Positions 38,720 to 47,979 of a stretch of DNA of 54,198 nucleotides are shown here, in pieces. The position numbers and the translations under genes were made by a program. Numbering within the stretch: the first letter of the stretch is position 1; each line of letters opens with the position of its first letter. This DNA comes from an uncultured Flavipsychrobacter sp. Lineage in GTDB: Bacteria > Bacteroidota > Bacteroidia > Chitinophagales > Chitinophagaceae. The stretch lies in assembly GCA_964576425.1 (NCBI GenBank), contig CAZNVQ010000002.1, positions 1 through 54,198 of the forward strand. The letters are read 5' to 3'. Below the pieces are notes generated by a model. It did no database searches and was not told the DNA's origin. It saw only the letters and a program-made list of their open reading frames with translations.

Positions 38720-39712
38720 ATGATTCCAAAGGAAAAAAGGTTGAAATTATTGGAACAACTCCGTTCATATTTACAACAAAATAGTGAAGAATTTCAAGAA
38801 ATAAAATATCGTGCACTCAATGCCAACGCTTGGTTCACGATGGAGAACATCGATCTTGCTGTCAAAGGAATTGAAGAAGAATTTTTAAGCCCAGAAAAAT
38901 TAATTGATTGGGCGAATCAATATCCTGAGATAAGTCAGCCCAAATCTGTGGGTATTATTATGGCTGGAAATATTCCCCTTGTTGGCTTTCACGACTTTTT
39001 GTGTGGCTTTGTTAGTGGGCATATTTTGAAAATAAAACCATCTTCTAAAGATGAAATTTTATTGAAACACTTTGTAAACAAACTCATTGAATGGCAATCT
39101 GAAGTTCAAGATATGGTGCAATTTCCTGAACAACTGACAGGCTGTGACGCTTACATAGCCACGGGCAGTAATAATTCCTCTCGTTACTTTGAACAATATT
39201 TTGGAAAATATCCTAATATAATCAGAAAAAACAGAACCTCAATTGCTTTGCTAAATGGCGATGAAACAGAAGAAGAAATGCAACTTTTGGCTAAAGATTT
39301 TTTCAGTTATTTCGGACTTGGATGTAGAAATGTAACCCAAGTTTTAATTCCTAAAAATTACAATTTTGAATTGATTTTCAATGGATGTAAAGCGTATGAG
39401 GACTTAATGCTGCATCATAAATACAAGAACAATTATGACTATCATTTGGCGATTTATTTATTGAACAAAATACCTTATTGGACGAACAACTCAATGCTGT
39501 TAGTGGAAAATGAAATACCTTTTTCGGCAGTTAGTGTTTTGCATTTCAAATATTACAATAACCTTCAAGAAGAAGTTGAACAATTAAAAAATAACGAATC
39601 CATACAAACCATTGTAGGAAAGGGTTTCACGCCATTTGGAGCTGCACAAAAACCTTCACTTTTTGATTATGCTGATGGTGTTGACACCATGAAATTTTTA
39701 TCCTCAATTTAA
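38720..39712 (+). CDS. LuxC-like acyl-CoA reductase family protein
   Basis: ATG 38720. About 330 aa with IMAGNIPLVGFHDFL and GLGCRNV blocks as in Bacteroidota acyl-CoA reductase annotations. Confidence 0.65.
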   Translation: MIPKEKRLKLLEQLRSYLQQNSEEFQEIKYRALNANAWFTMENIDLAVKGIEEEFLSPEKLIDWANQYPEISQPKSVGIIMAGNIPLVGFHDFLCGFVSGHILKIKPSSKDEILLKHFVNKLIEWQSEVQDMVQFPEQLTGCDAYIATGSNNSSRYFEQYFGKYPNIIRKNRTSIALLNGDETEEEMQLLAKDFFSYFGLGCRNVTQVLIPKNYNFELIFNGCKAYEDLMLHHKYKNNYDYHLAIYLLNKIPYWTNNSMLLVENEIPFSAVSVLHFKYYNNLQEEVEQLKNNESIQTIVGKGFTPFGAAQKPSLFDYADGVDTMKFLSSI

Positions 39713-39724
39713 AAAACTAATCTC

Positions 39725-41074
39725 ATGAATTTCAAACTTTCCATCATCAGCTTTAGCCTAATTTTTAGTCAAACTGTTGTAGCTCAAACAAGAATAAATA
39801 CTGAAAAATTGGATAGCTTGATTGTTGGCATAGAAACGCACAATAAAGCTTGGGGACAACTTAGTTTGGCAGAAAAAAATGAAATCGTTTATAAAAAAAC
39901 TTGGGGCTTTGCACAATATGATGAAAAGAACAAAGTGAAAGCCAATAACGAATCTAAATTTAGGATTGGGTCGATTTCAAAAATGTTTACGGCAACGCTC
40001 ATCATGCATTACATCGAGCAAGATTTGTTGCAACTTACCACTCCGCTATCCAATTTTTTTCCTGAAATAAAAAATGCAGATAAAATTACCATCAAGCAAT
40101 TATTGAATCATCATAGTGGCATTCATAATTTCACTGACGACTCAACCTATGTCGCCTATTTTAGCAAAGCGCAAACGAAAGAACAAATGTTGGGGCTTTT
40201 TAAGCAATTGCCAAGCGATTTTGAGCCTGGAACAAAAGCAGCTTATAGCAACACTAATTATGTTTTACTTTCATACATCATTGAAAAAATCACACGTTCG
40301 AGCTATGAACAGGAATTGAAAAAACACATTATAGAAAAAATCGGATTGAAAAACACCTATGTCGGCAGTACTATCAACCCAAAATACAATGAAGTTTATT
40401 CCTATGAATTTGATGGTAAAAATTGGCTAAAATCAGAAGAAACTGACATGAGTGTTTCCAAAGGAGCAGGCAATATTATTTCGACAACCAGCGATTTGAC
40501 ACAGTTTGCATATAATATATTTCACTATAATTTGCTTTCAAAAGCCACTGTTGACCAAATGACTCAGTTGGAAGATGGCTATGGTCTTGGTATGTTCCAA
40601 TTCCCATTTTACAACAAGAAAGCATACGGACATACTGGAGGAATTGATGGTTTTCATTCCGTTTTGGGTTATTTCCCAGATGACGAAGCAAGCTTTGCTT
40701 TAATGAGTAATGCATTAAATTACAGATTAAATGATATTACTTTAGGTGCACTTAGTATATTTTATAATAAAAAATATACCTTACCGACATTTCAAACTTA
40801 CGAATTAGACCCCTCAAAACTTGACCAATATGTTGGTGTTTTTCAATCAAAACAAATTCCACTAAAAATCACCATAACACAAAATAATGGTCAATTAATG
40901 GCTCAAGCAACTGGACAATCTGCATTTCCTTTGGAGGCTGAAACAGCATTAAAATTTAATTTTGAAGCTGCGGGAATTATGTTAGAATTCAATAAAAATA
41001 CAGATGGTAATATAAATTCATTTACACTTTTTCAATCTGGAGGCAAGTATTTATTTGAAAAAGAAGAAAAATAA
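39725..41074 (+). CDS. Beta-lactamase-related serine hydrolase
   Basis: Signal peptide. SISKMF (SxxK), YSNTNY (YxN) and HTGG motifs, plus an extra C-terminal domain. Confidence 0.85.
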   Translation: MNFKLSIISFSLIFSQTVVAQTRINTEKLDSLIVGIETHNKAWGQLSLAEKNEIVYKKTWGFAQYDEKNKVKANNESKFRIGSISKMFTATLIMHYIEQDLLQLTTPLSNFFPEIKNADKITIKQLLNHHSGIHNFTDDSTYVAYFSKAQTKEQMLGLFKQLPSDFEPGTKAAYSNTNYVLLSYIIEKITRSSYEQELKKHIIEKIGLKNTYVGSTINPKYNEVYSYEFDGKNWLKSEETDMSVSKGAGNIISTTSDLTQFAYNIFHYNLLSKATVDQMTQLEDGYGLGMFQFPFYNKKAYGHTGGIDGFHSVLGYFPDDEASFALMSNALNYRLNDITLGALSIFYNKKYTLPTFQTYELDPSKLDQYVGVFQSKQIPLKITITQNNGQLMAQATGQSAFPLEAETALKFNFEAAGIMLEFNKNTDGNINSFTLFQSGGKYLFEKEEK

Positions 41075-41138
41075 TATTTTATTATATTAATACATGATTT
41101 CCCTAAAGAATAAATTTAGATTAAATTGAATAATAAGA

Positions 41139-41169
41139 TTGGATAATGACAATATGATTTTTATATTTG
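41139..41169 (+). promoter_or_regulatory. Candidate promoter (TTG-20 nt-TATATTTG) for the orphan lipoprotein gene
   Basis: TATATTTG at 41162..41169, about 85 nt before ATG 41255, inside a very AT-rich 180-nt spacer. Confidence 0.3.
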
Positions 41170-41254
41170 CCTCTATTAGCATTAGAGTGATTATACAGAT
41201 TAATTATTTTAATAATTCAAATAATAATTAATTAGATTACTAAGCACTATCAAT

Positions 41255-42913
41255 ATGAATAAATTACTTCGAATTACAATGAATATTAAATACACACAAA
41301 GGCTAGCATTTTTAATTCTTAGCACCATTTTAATTGCTGGCTGTGTGAAACCATCTTATAAAGTTGGACTAAACTTCAACCAAGAGATTATGAAGTATGG
41401 AGTTACATTTCAATTTTGTAATGCTGGAGACACAACTAGGCTTCCTGAGTACGAATTGTTTATAAAAATTACTGGTAAAGATGCGAGCAAAATATATGAC
41501 TATAATGGTACAAAATCATTTGTTGCATTACGCGGGATTATGAACATCGGATTAGATCCAAACGTTAATCCAACCGTTGCAAATCCTGTTCAATTTGTAT
41601 TAGAAGCTTACGGACCAGATTATCTGCCAGTGCGGATTCCAGTAACAATTGATGGTTCATTTAGACAGCAAAGAGTATTGGTAACTTTAGTTAACGTAAA
41701 AGATCCACCAAATGGTATTTCTGTTGGAAAAAATACATTTGGAGTTGATGCAACTGGTGCGCTAATAAATACCGAAATTTTTATTTCACCAATTACTTCA
41801 ACAACAACAGAAAATGTCAAAATTACTATTCCAGCAGGAACTCAATTTCTTGATGCAAATGGAAATATCATAACGCCAAATAGTAATGATTTAACAGTGC
41901 AAACTGTGTTTTTCAGTACAAAATCTGCTTACTCCATGAGTGCTTTTCCGACAGGTTCTGTTTATGCTGACAGTATTGTAACACCAACTGGAAAAATTGC
42001 TGGCTTTCACCAATCAACTGGAATGGCATTCGTTGAGATGAACTTGGGCGGAAAGGATGTGAAAGCAACCACACAACCTATGTCTTACGAAATTATTATG
42101 AACCAAGAATATATCAGCGCTGGAACCAATAATCCAATTACTGCTGGCGAGGTGATTCCAATTTGGAACTATGATTTCACAAAAAACAAATGGGATTTTG
42201 TACAAAATACAACAACTCAATTTACAGGAGGTACCCTTAAAGCAGCTTTCACAACAACTAAACTAAAATACCTAAGCGTTGGTTGGGTAACTCCTCTCTG
42301 TACTCAAACTACGAGCTTAACATTTAATAATGGACTTAATGTACCAACGACTTATTTGATTGATATATTAAGTCAAAATGGTGATAAAAGACACCCTTTA
42401 GTTACTGGGCTTTATCTTGAAGTTGTAAATGGTCAGGTGGTAAACAATTTACCTATTCCATCTGGTCCAATTGAAATTCGTGTTTATGAAAATAACCTTT
42501 TCAATAGTCAATATAATTATTTCATAAGAGGTAATGCACCGCTTGCTGTTTATTCTGGAATAGCTTGTGGCAACAACATCAACCTGAATACCACAAATCC
42601 AATTGATTTACAATTGCATTACTTTAGTGTTATTGGTTATTGCCCTAATTCTAATTATTATATTTACCCATCAATCCCTACATTATACAAAAGAGCGCAT
42701 ATAAGAACAAACTACTCTCTTTTAGGCTCAGTAAGAGTTGGAATCATGACTACAACTAATTTAAGAATCAACAATGAATATCACTTTGCTTGGATTGCAG
42801 GCGATAAATTATTTACAAAAGAAAAACTGATTGATAGCTCAACTTATACTCGCGTAATTCCTGTGCCATCAACAGTTCCGGGAGATACATTGAGAGAAAT
42901 GTGGTGTTATTAA
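41255..42913 (+). CDS. Hypothetical 552-aa lipoprotein, no recognisable family
   Basis: LAFLILSTILIAGC lipobox. Beta-rich T/N/G-rich sequence with several Cys in the C-terminal half. Confidence 0.7.
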   Translation: MNKLLRITMNIKYTQRLAFLILSTILIAGCVKPSYKVGLNFNQEIMKYGVTFQFCNAGDTTRLPEYELFIKITGKDASKIYDYNGTKSFVALRGIMNIGLDPNVNPTVANPVQFVLEAYGPDYLPVRIPVTIDGSFRQQRVLVTLVNVKDPPNGISVGKNTFGVDATGALINTEIFISPITSTTTENVKITIPAGTQFLDANGNIITPNSNDLTVQTVFFSTKSAYSMSAFPTGSVYADSIVTPTGKIAGFHQSTGMAFVEMNLGGKDVKATTQPMSYEIIMNQEYISAGTNNPITAGEVIPIWNYDFTKNKWDFVQNTTTQFTGGTLKAAFTTTKLKYLSVGWVTPLCTQTTSLTFNNGLNVPTTYLIDILSQNGDKRHPLVTGLYLEVVNGQVVNNLPIPSGPIEIRVYENNLFNSQYNYFIRGNAPLAVYSGIACGNNINLNTTNPIDLQLHYFSVIGYCPNSNYYIYPSIPTLYKRAHIRTNYSLLGSVRVGIMTTTNLRINNEYHFAWIAGDKLFTKEKLIDSSTYTRVIPVPSTVPGDTLREMWCY

Positions 42914-42936
42914 TTTCAATAAATTTTCAAACTTTG

Positions 42937-42968
42937 AAATCCTCGAAAAAACTTCGAGGATTTTTTTT
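42937..42968 (+). terminator. Rho-independent terminator after the lipoprotein gene
   Basis: 11-bp stem AAATCCTCGAA / TTCGAGGATTT followed by a T-run. Confidence 0.75.
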
Positions 42969-42984
42969 CTACTAAATTTTTAAA

Positions 42985-44187
42985 ATGAGTTCCAAAGAAA
43001 AAATTATTTTATTACTGCTTGCATCATTGAATTTTACGCATATCCTCGATTTTATGATTATGATGCCGCTCAACAATTATTTGATACCATACTTTAACAT
43101 CTCCCCACAACAATTTTCTTATCTAGTTGCAGCCTATACTTTTAGTGCCGGTATTTCAGGTTTTTTTGCTGCTTTTTTTGTGGATCGATTTGATAGAAAA
43201 AAAATCTTACTTTTTGGTTATGTAGGTTTTCTAATTGGTAGCATTTGTTGTGGCATAGCTAATTCTTATTTACTACTTTTTTCTGCAAGAATTTTTGCAG
43301 GAACGTTTGGTGGTTTAATTGGCGCACAAGTGCTGTCCATTGTCGCAGATTTAATTCCGTACGAGAGACGTGGTTTTGCCATGAGTTGGGTTATGGCATC
43401 GTTTTCTGTTGCCTCAGTTTTTGGCGTACCGTTCGGCTTGTTTCTTGCTAATAAAATAAATTGGCATGCCCCATTTTTATTTGTTGGTCTTTTAGGTATT
43501 TTGATAATACCAATAATTATGAAAGTGATACCACCAATGAATAAACACATTGAAGAAAAAGCTAAAAGAGAAAATCCAATTGTACTAATAAAAAATATTC
43601 TTTCTGATTGGAATCAAGTGCTTGCATTAGGACTTTCGGCTTGTTTGATGATGGGACATTTTATGATTATCCCTTTTCTGAATCCCTACATGGAATTCAA
43701 TATGGGCTTCAGTAAACTCACACAAACTCCTTTAATTTATATGATTGGCGGTAGTTTGACCTTAGTTTCATCTCCAATAATTGGTAGAATGGCAGATAAA
43801 TTTGGTAAGCATAAATTATTCCTCATCATGGTTTCTTTGGGACTTATTCCTATTGCTCTTATCACTAACCTTCCAACAATTCCATTTTATCTTGTGCTGT
43901 GCATCACTGGGATTTGGTTTGTAGTGTCTTCAGGCAGAAGTATCCCTGCTCAAGCAATGATTAGCAATGTAGTGAAACCCGAAAAACGAGGAAGCTTCAT
44001 GAGTTTCAACTCTTCAATTCAACAAATTTTTGTAGGCGTTGCTTCGATAATTGCCGGAATGATTGTGGTGAAAGGTCCAAACCATAAATTGTTGCATTAT
44101 GAAATCACAGGGTACATAAGCATCGGCATCATTTTATTGAGCACATTTTTTGCCACAAAATTACACACTAGAAGCTTGAAAAAATAG
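42985..44187 (+). CDS. MFS transporter
   Basis: 12 TM-like segments with the DRFDRKKIL loop motif between TM2 and TM3. Confidence 0.88.
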   Translation: MSSKEKIILLLLASLNFTHILDFMIMMPLNNYLIPYFNISPQQFSYLVAAYTFSAGISGFFAAFFVDRFDRKKILLFGYVGFLIGSICCGIANSYLLLFSARIFAGTFGGLIGAQVLSIVADLIPYERRGFAMSWVMASFSVASVFGVPFGLFLANKINWHAPFLFVGLLGILIIPIIMKVIPPMNKHIEEKAKRENPIVLIKNILSDWNQVLALGLSACLMMGHFMIIPFLNPYMEFNMGFSKLTQTPLIYMIGGSLTLVSSPIIGRMADKFGKHKLFLIMVSLGLIPIALITNLPTIPFYLVLCITGIWFVVSSGRSIPAQAMISNVVKPEKRGSFMSFNSSIQQIFVGVASIIAGMIVVKGPNHKLLHYEITGYISIGIILLSTFFATKLHTRSLKK

Positions 44188-44204
44188 TCTTCATTTAGCA
44201 GCAT

Positions 44205-44742
44205 ATGAAACCAGAAATCACCATTGAAACTAATCGTTTTTACTCTTAGCAATTTCGCCAAACTATGTTAAAAAGTTAATTGAAACTCAAACACAAGCGA
44301 ATATTCAACAACTTTTTGGTGTTGAAGAAAATGGTTTTTTACTTTTAAAAGACAGGCTACAACAGGGACTGGAATCCTATAGAATATCAGTATTTTATTT
44401 CTTATTGTAGATAAACTAACCCACCAAACCATTGGTGAATGCGGCTTTCACACTTGGAATAAAGCGCATCATAGAGCAGAATTATTTTACTCTTTGAATG
44501 ATGAAAAGCAGCGAGGAAAGGGTTACATGAGTGAAGTACTGCCTATTATTATTCAATTTGGATTTCAATATTTAAAATTACATAGAATTGAAGCCCTTGT
44601 TAGGACTGATAACACGGCATTAGTCAAACTACTTTTGAAAAACAATTTCCAATTTGAAAGCACCAAACGACAAGATTATCTTGAAGATGGTGTGTTTGAA
44701 GATTCGGATTGCTATTCTTTGTTAACCAATCAAATAAAATAA
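44205..44742 (+). pseudogene. GNAT (RimJ/RimL-like) N-acetyltransferase disrupted by two -1 frameshifts
   Basis: Three frames read in series: MKPEITIETNRF (stop at 44247), then LLLAISPNYVKKLIETQ...LESYRISVFYFLL (stop at 44408), then VDKLTHQTIGECGFHTWNKAHHRAELFYSLNDEKQRGKGYMSEVL...LHRIEALV...YSLL. Together they reconstitute a full GNAT domain. Confidence 0.8.
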
Positions 44743-44764
44743 AAAACCACCAATTAAGGTGGTT
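44741..44764 (-). terminator. Hairpin terminator after parB
   Basis: AACCACC-6 nt-GGTGGTT. On the minus strand it is followed by TTTTATTTT. Confidence 0.5.
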
Positions 44765-44774
44765 CACTATTTGT

Positions 44775-45707
44775 TTAAAGGTTCATCATTTCCATGATGC
44801 GTTCCAAATCATTGTCGTTGTAAAACTCAATTGTGATTGCACCTTTTCCATTTCTTTTTCTATCCAACTTTACTTTGGTTGAAAAATGGGATGCCATATT
44901 ATCTTCAATTCTTTTATAGGCTGGAGGTAATTGACTTTTCGACTTTTGGGATTGGTCATTTACACCATTTGATTTTTCACCTGCCAACATCTCCTTCACC
45001 AAAGTTTCCACTTGTCGAACAGACAATCCTTTTTCTCTCACTTCACGAAAAACATACAATTGTTGGTCAATTTGCTCCAAGCTAATTATTGCTCTTGCGT
45101 GTCCCATACTCAATCCTCCATCACGCACAGCTGTTTGAATATCAGGGGGCAATTTCAGTAATCGTATATAATTAGTTACTGTACTTCTATCTTTTTTCAT
45201 GCGCTCTGCCACTTGTTCTTGTGTCATGTCGCATTCATCCATCAATCGTTTGTAACTCAACCCAACTTCAATAGCATTGAGGTCTTCCCGTTGAAGGTTT
45301 TCAAGCAAAGCCAATTCTAAAAGTTGTTGGTCATCAGCAGTACGAACATAAGCAGGAATATCTTTTAAACCTGCAAGTTTAGAAGCTCTCCATCTGCGTT
45401 CACCAGAAATTAATTGATAACGCGTTGGATTAATTTTTATGACCGTAACTGGCTGAATGATATCATGAAGTTTGATGCTTTCTGAAAGTTCTTTCAATGC
45501 TTGCTCATCAAAATCTCTTCTTGGCTGCTTTGGGTTTACTTCAATTTGATCGAGTGAAATTCTAGTGATTGTCCCCGCACTATGTCCCGAAGCTGCAGGC
45601 ACACTTTCAGCCGTACTTTGAAGGTCTTCATCAATCGTATTGAGCAAAGCTCTGATGCCTTTACCTAAAGCTTGTTTCTTGTTATTCTGCGGTTGTGCCA
45701 TGCTCAT
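44775..45707 (-). CDS. parB: Chromosome partitioning protein ParB/Spo0J
   Basis: LGKGIRALL, ISGERRWRAS and an HTH region; overlaps the parA 3' end. Confidence 0.93.
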   Translation of the reverse strand: MSMAQPQNNKKQALGKGIRALLNTIDEDLQSTAESVPAASGHSAGTITRISLDQIEVNPKQPRRDFDEQALKELSESIKLHDIIQPVTVIKINPTRYQLISGERRWRASKLAGLKDIPAYVRTADDQQLLELALLENLQREDLNAIEVGLSYKRLMDECDMTQEQVAERMKKDRSTVTNYIRLLKLPPDIQTAVRDGGLSMGHARAIISLEQIDQQLYVFREVREKGLSVRQVETLVKEMLAGEKSNGVNDQSQKSKSQLPPAYKRIEDNMASHFSTKVKLDRKRNGKGAITIEFYNDNDLERIMEMMNL

Positions 45708-46509
45708 CTGTTTCGAATACTTTGTCTTCGTTCTTAATTTTAGTTAGGTTGTTTCTCTGCAAAATTTCTTTAGCCATATTCAAATAGTTGACAGCGCCTG
45801 TGCTTTCCGTATCGTACATTAATGCTGGCTTCCCAAAACTTGGCGCTTCACCTAATCTTGTATTTCTGTGAATAATTGTATTGAATACAAGCTTACCAAA
45901 ATGATTTTTAATTTCTTCAACCACTTGGTTGCTCAGTCTCAATCGGCCATCATACATGGTCATCAAAATTCCCTCAATATGTAATGCTGGATTGATTCTA
46001 GTTTGAACGATTTTAATAGTGTTGAGTAATTTTCCCAATCCTTCCAATGCAAAGTATTCGCACTGAACTGGAATAACTACATCGTTTGCTGCAGTAAGTG
46101 CATTGATAGTAATTAAACCTAAAGATGGAGAACAATCAATAATTATGAAATCATAATTTCCGCTTACTTCTTCAAGTGCATTTTTTAAAATGTGCTCTCT
46201 GTTTGGATGATTTATTAGTTCTATTTCAGCACCCACCAAATCAAGATGAGATGGAATCAAATGAAGGTTTGGTGTTTCAGTTTCCAAAATCACTTGTGAA
46301 ACAGGCGTTTCATTGACCATACAATCATACAAACTCAGTTGAATGTTTTTCAAATCAAACCCATTACCGGTTGTGCTATTTGCCTGCGGGTCGCCATCAA
46401 CAAGCAGTGTTTTATATTCCAAAACAGCAAGACTCGCTGCAAGGTTAATTGCCGTTGTTGTTTTGCCTACGCCACCTTTTTGATTGGCTATCGCTATAAC
46501 TTTTGCCAT
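45682..46509 (-). CDS. parA: Chromosome partitioning ATPase ParA/Soj
   Basis: Deviant Walker A NQKGGVGKTTTAINLA; full-length, 275 aa. Confidence 0.93.
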   Translation of the reverse strand: MAKVIAIANQKGGVGKTTTAINLAASLAVLEYKTLLVDGDPQANSTTGNGFDLKNIQLSLYDCMVNETPVSQVILETETPNLHLIPSHLDLVGAEIELINHPNREHILKNALEEVSGNYDFIIIDCSPSLGLITINALTAANDVVIPVQCEYFALEGLGKLLNTIKIVQTRINPALHIEGILMTMYDGRLRLSNQVVEEIKNHFGKLVFNTIIHRNTRLGEAPSFGKPALMYDTESTGAVNYLNMAKEILQRNNLTKIKNEDKVFETDEHGTTAE

Positions 46510-46553
46510 TTCTTTTTTTGATACTATCCTATTTCAAAATGAACGTTTCCGTT

Positions 46554-47237
46554 CTAGTTTATGTCTATTGTTTCCCCAATTTTCGGTAGAACCAATTCTA
46601 ATCCTTTCGATCGAAATTGCTCTATTGATTGTTGGTGGTCAATTTTTATCCATCCAAAGGTATCGAAATGAACGCCAATAACCTTTTTACATTGTAAAAA
46701 TTCTGCCGCCGTCATCGCATCTTCCACACCCATTGTGAAATTATCACCAACTGGAAGTATGGAAAAATTTACTGATGCATAACGAGGAACTAATTGCATA
46801 TCCATCATCAAACAAGTGTCCCCTGAATAATAAAAATTCCCTTCATTTGTTGTAATTAAAAATCCACCAGGATTTCCGCCATATGTCCCATCAGGTAAAA
46901 CACTACTGTGTTGTGCTGGTAAAAATTTTACCGAACCCCAATCAAATGTTTTTTTACCTCCAAAATTCATCGGATGAACCTGTGCTACGCCTTGTTTTCC
47001 TGCCCATTCCATAACCTCATAGGCACCAATCACCAATGCGTTAGTTCTATTTGCAATATCTACTAAATCTCCCACATGGTCTCCATGACCATGAGAAACT
47101 AAAATGTAATCTGCTTCTATTGAATTAATGTCAATATGATTTGCTAAATCATTACCTCTGATAAATGGATCAAATAGTAGCTTTTTTCCTGATACCTCTA
47201 TTTGAAAACAAGCATGACCGTAGTAAATAAATTTCAT
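46554..47237 (-). CDS. Metal-dependent hydrolase (MBL fold, UPF0173-like)
   Basis: ATG 47237 (MKFIYYGHACFQIE). SHGHGDHVGD motif. Confidence 0.85.
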   Translation of the reverse strand: MKFIYYGHACFQIEVSGKKLLFDPFIRGNDLANHIDINSIEADYILVSHGHGDHVGDLVDIANRTNALVIGAYEVMEWAGKQGVAQVHPMNFGGKKTFDWGSVKFLPAQHSSVLPDGTYGGNPGGFLITTNEGNFYYSGDTCLMMDMQLVPRYASVNFSILPVGDNFTMGVEDAMTAAEFLQCKKVIGVHFDTFGWIKIDHQQSIEQFRSKGLELVLPKIGETIDIN

Positions 47238-47474
47238 TTTTTTGTGTTGATGCTCAATTTTTCTCAACAAAAATAATATCCAATAAGCTATTTTTTGGCA
47301 ATAGATTACAAATGTGGAAAACAACTATTTTGATTTAAAAATTTCAATATCTGTTTTTTCAAAAAACAATAATTCTAATTCATTGTTTTGAAATCCTAAG
47401 CCTTGTTTTTATCAATTCGTATATCAAGAATTTCAAATCAAAAATTTCATTGCCCAACTAACTTTGCAAAATTA

Positions 47475-47975
47475 ATGATAACCATAATTTCAGGAACAAA
47501 CAGACCCAACAGCATGACGCTGAAATTGGCTAACATATATTTTTCTATACTAAAAGATCTTGGCGTTGATGTTCATCTTCTTTCTTTGGAAAATCTCAAC
47601 GTTTGGGAAAAGAATAGCCAACTTCAAGAGGTGATGCAAAATGTTTTGATTCCAACTGAAAAATTCATCATCGTCATGCCAGAATACAATGGTAGCTTTC
47701 CGGGCATTTTGAAACTTCTTTTCGACAATTCTGATATCAAAAAATGTTGGTGGCACAAAAAAGCGGCGCTTGTTGGCGTGGCTGATGGGCGTGGTGGCAA
47801 TCTTCGTGGCATCGAACACATGACCAATATATTGCATTACTTGAAAGTTAATGTTCACTACAACAAACTGCCTTTGAGTAAGATTAACGAAGAATTAAGT
47901 TCTGAAGGCGTTTTATTACAATCAAATACCGAAATTGCCGTCCGAAATCAAATAGAAGAATTTCTGAATTATTAA
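47475..47975 (+). CDS. NAD(P)H-dependent FMN reductase family oxidoreductase
   Basis: ATG 47475 (MITIISGTNRPNSMT). PEYNGSFPG motif. Confidence 0.85.
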   Translation: MITIISGTNRPNSMTLKLANIYFSILKDLGVDVHLLSLENLNVWEKNSQLQEVMQNVLIPTEKFIIVMPEYNGSFPGILKLLFDNSDIKKCWWHKKAALVGVADGRGGNLRGIEHMTNILHYLKVNVHYNKLPLSKINEELSSEGVLLQSNTEIAVRNQIEEFLNY

Positions 47976-47979
47976 TTCG

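Noticed and set aside
44743-46553. parS site or oriC next to parAB
   Set aside because: Reading the flanks by eye, I found no TGTTNCACGTGAAACA-like palindrome and no cluster of TTATCCACA DnaA boxes. A computational motif scan would be needed to exclude degenerate sites.
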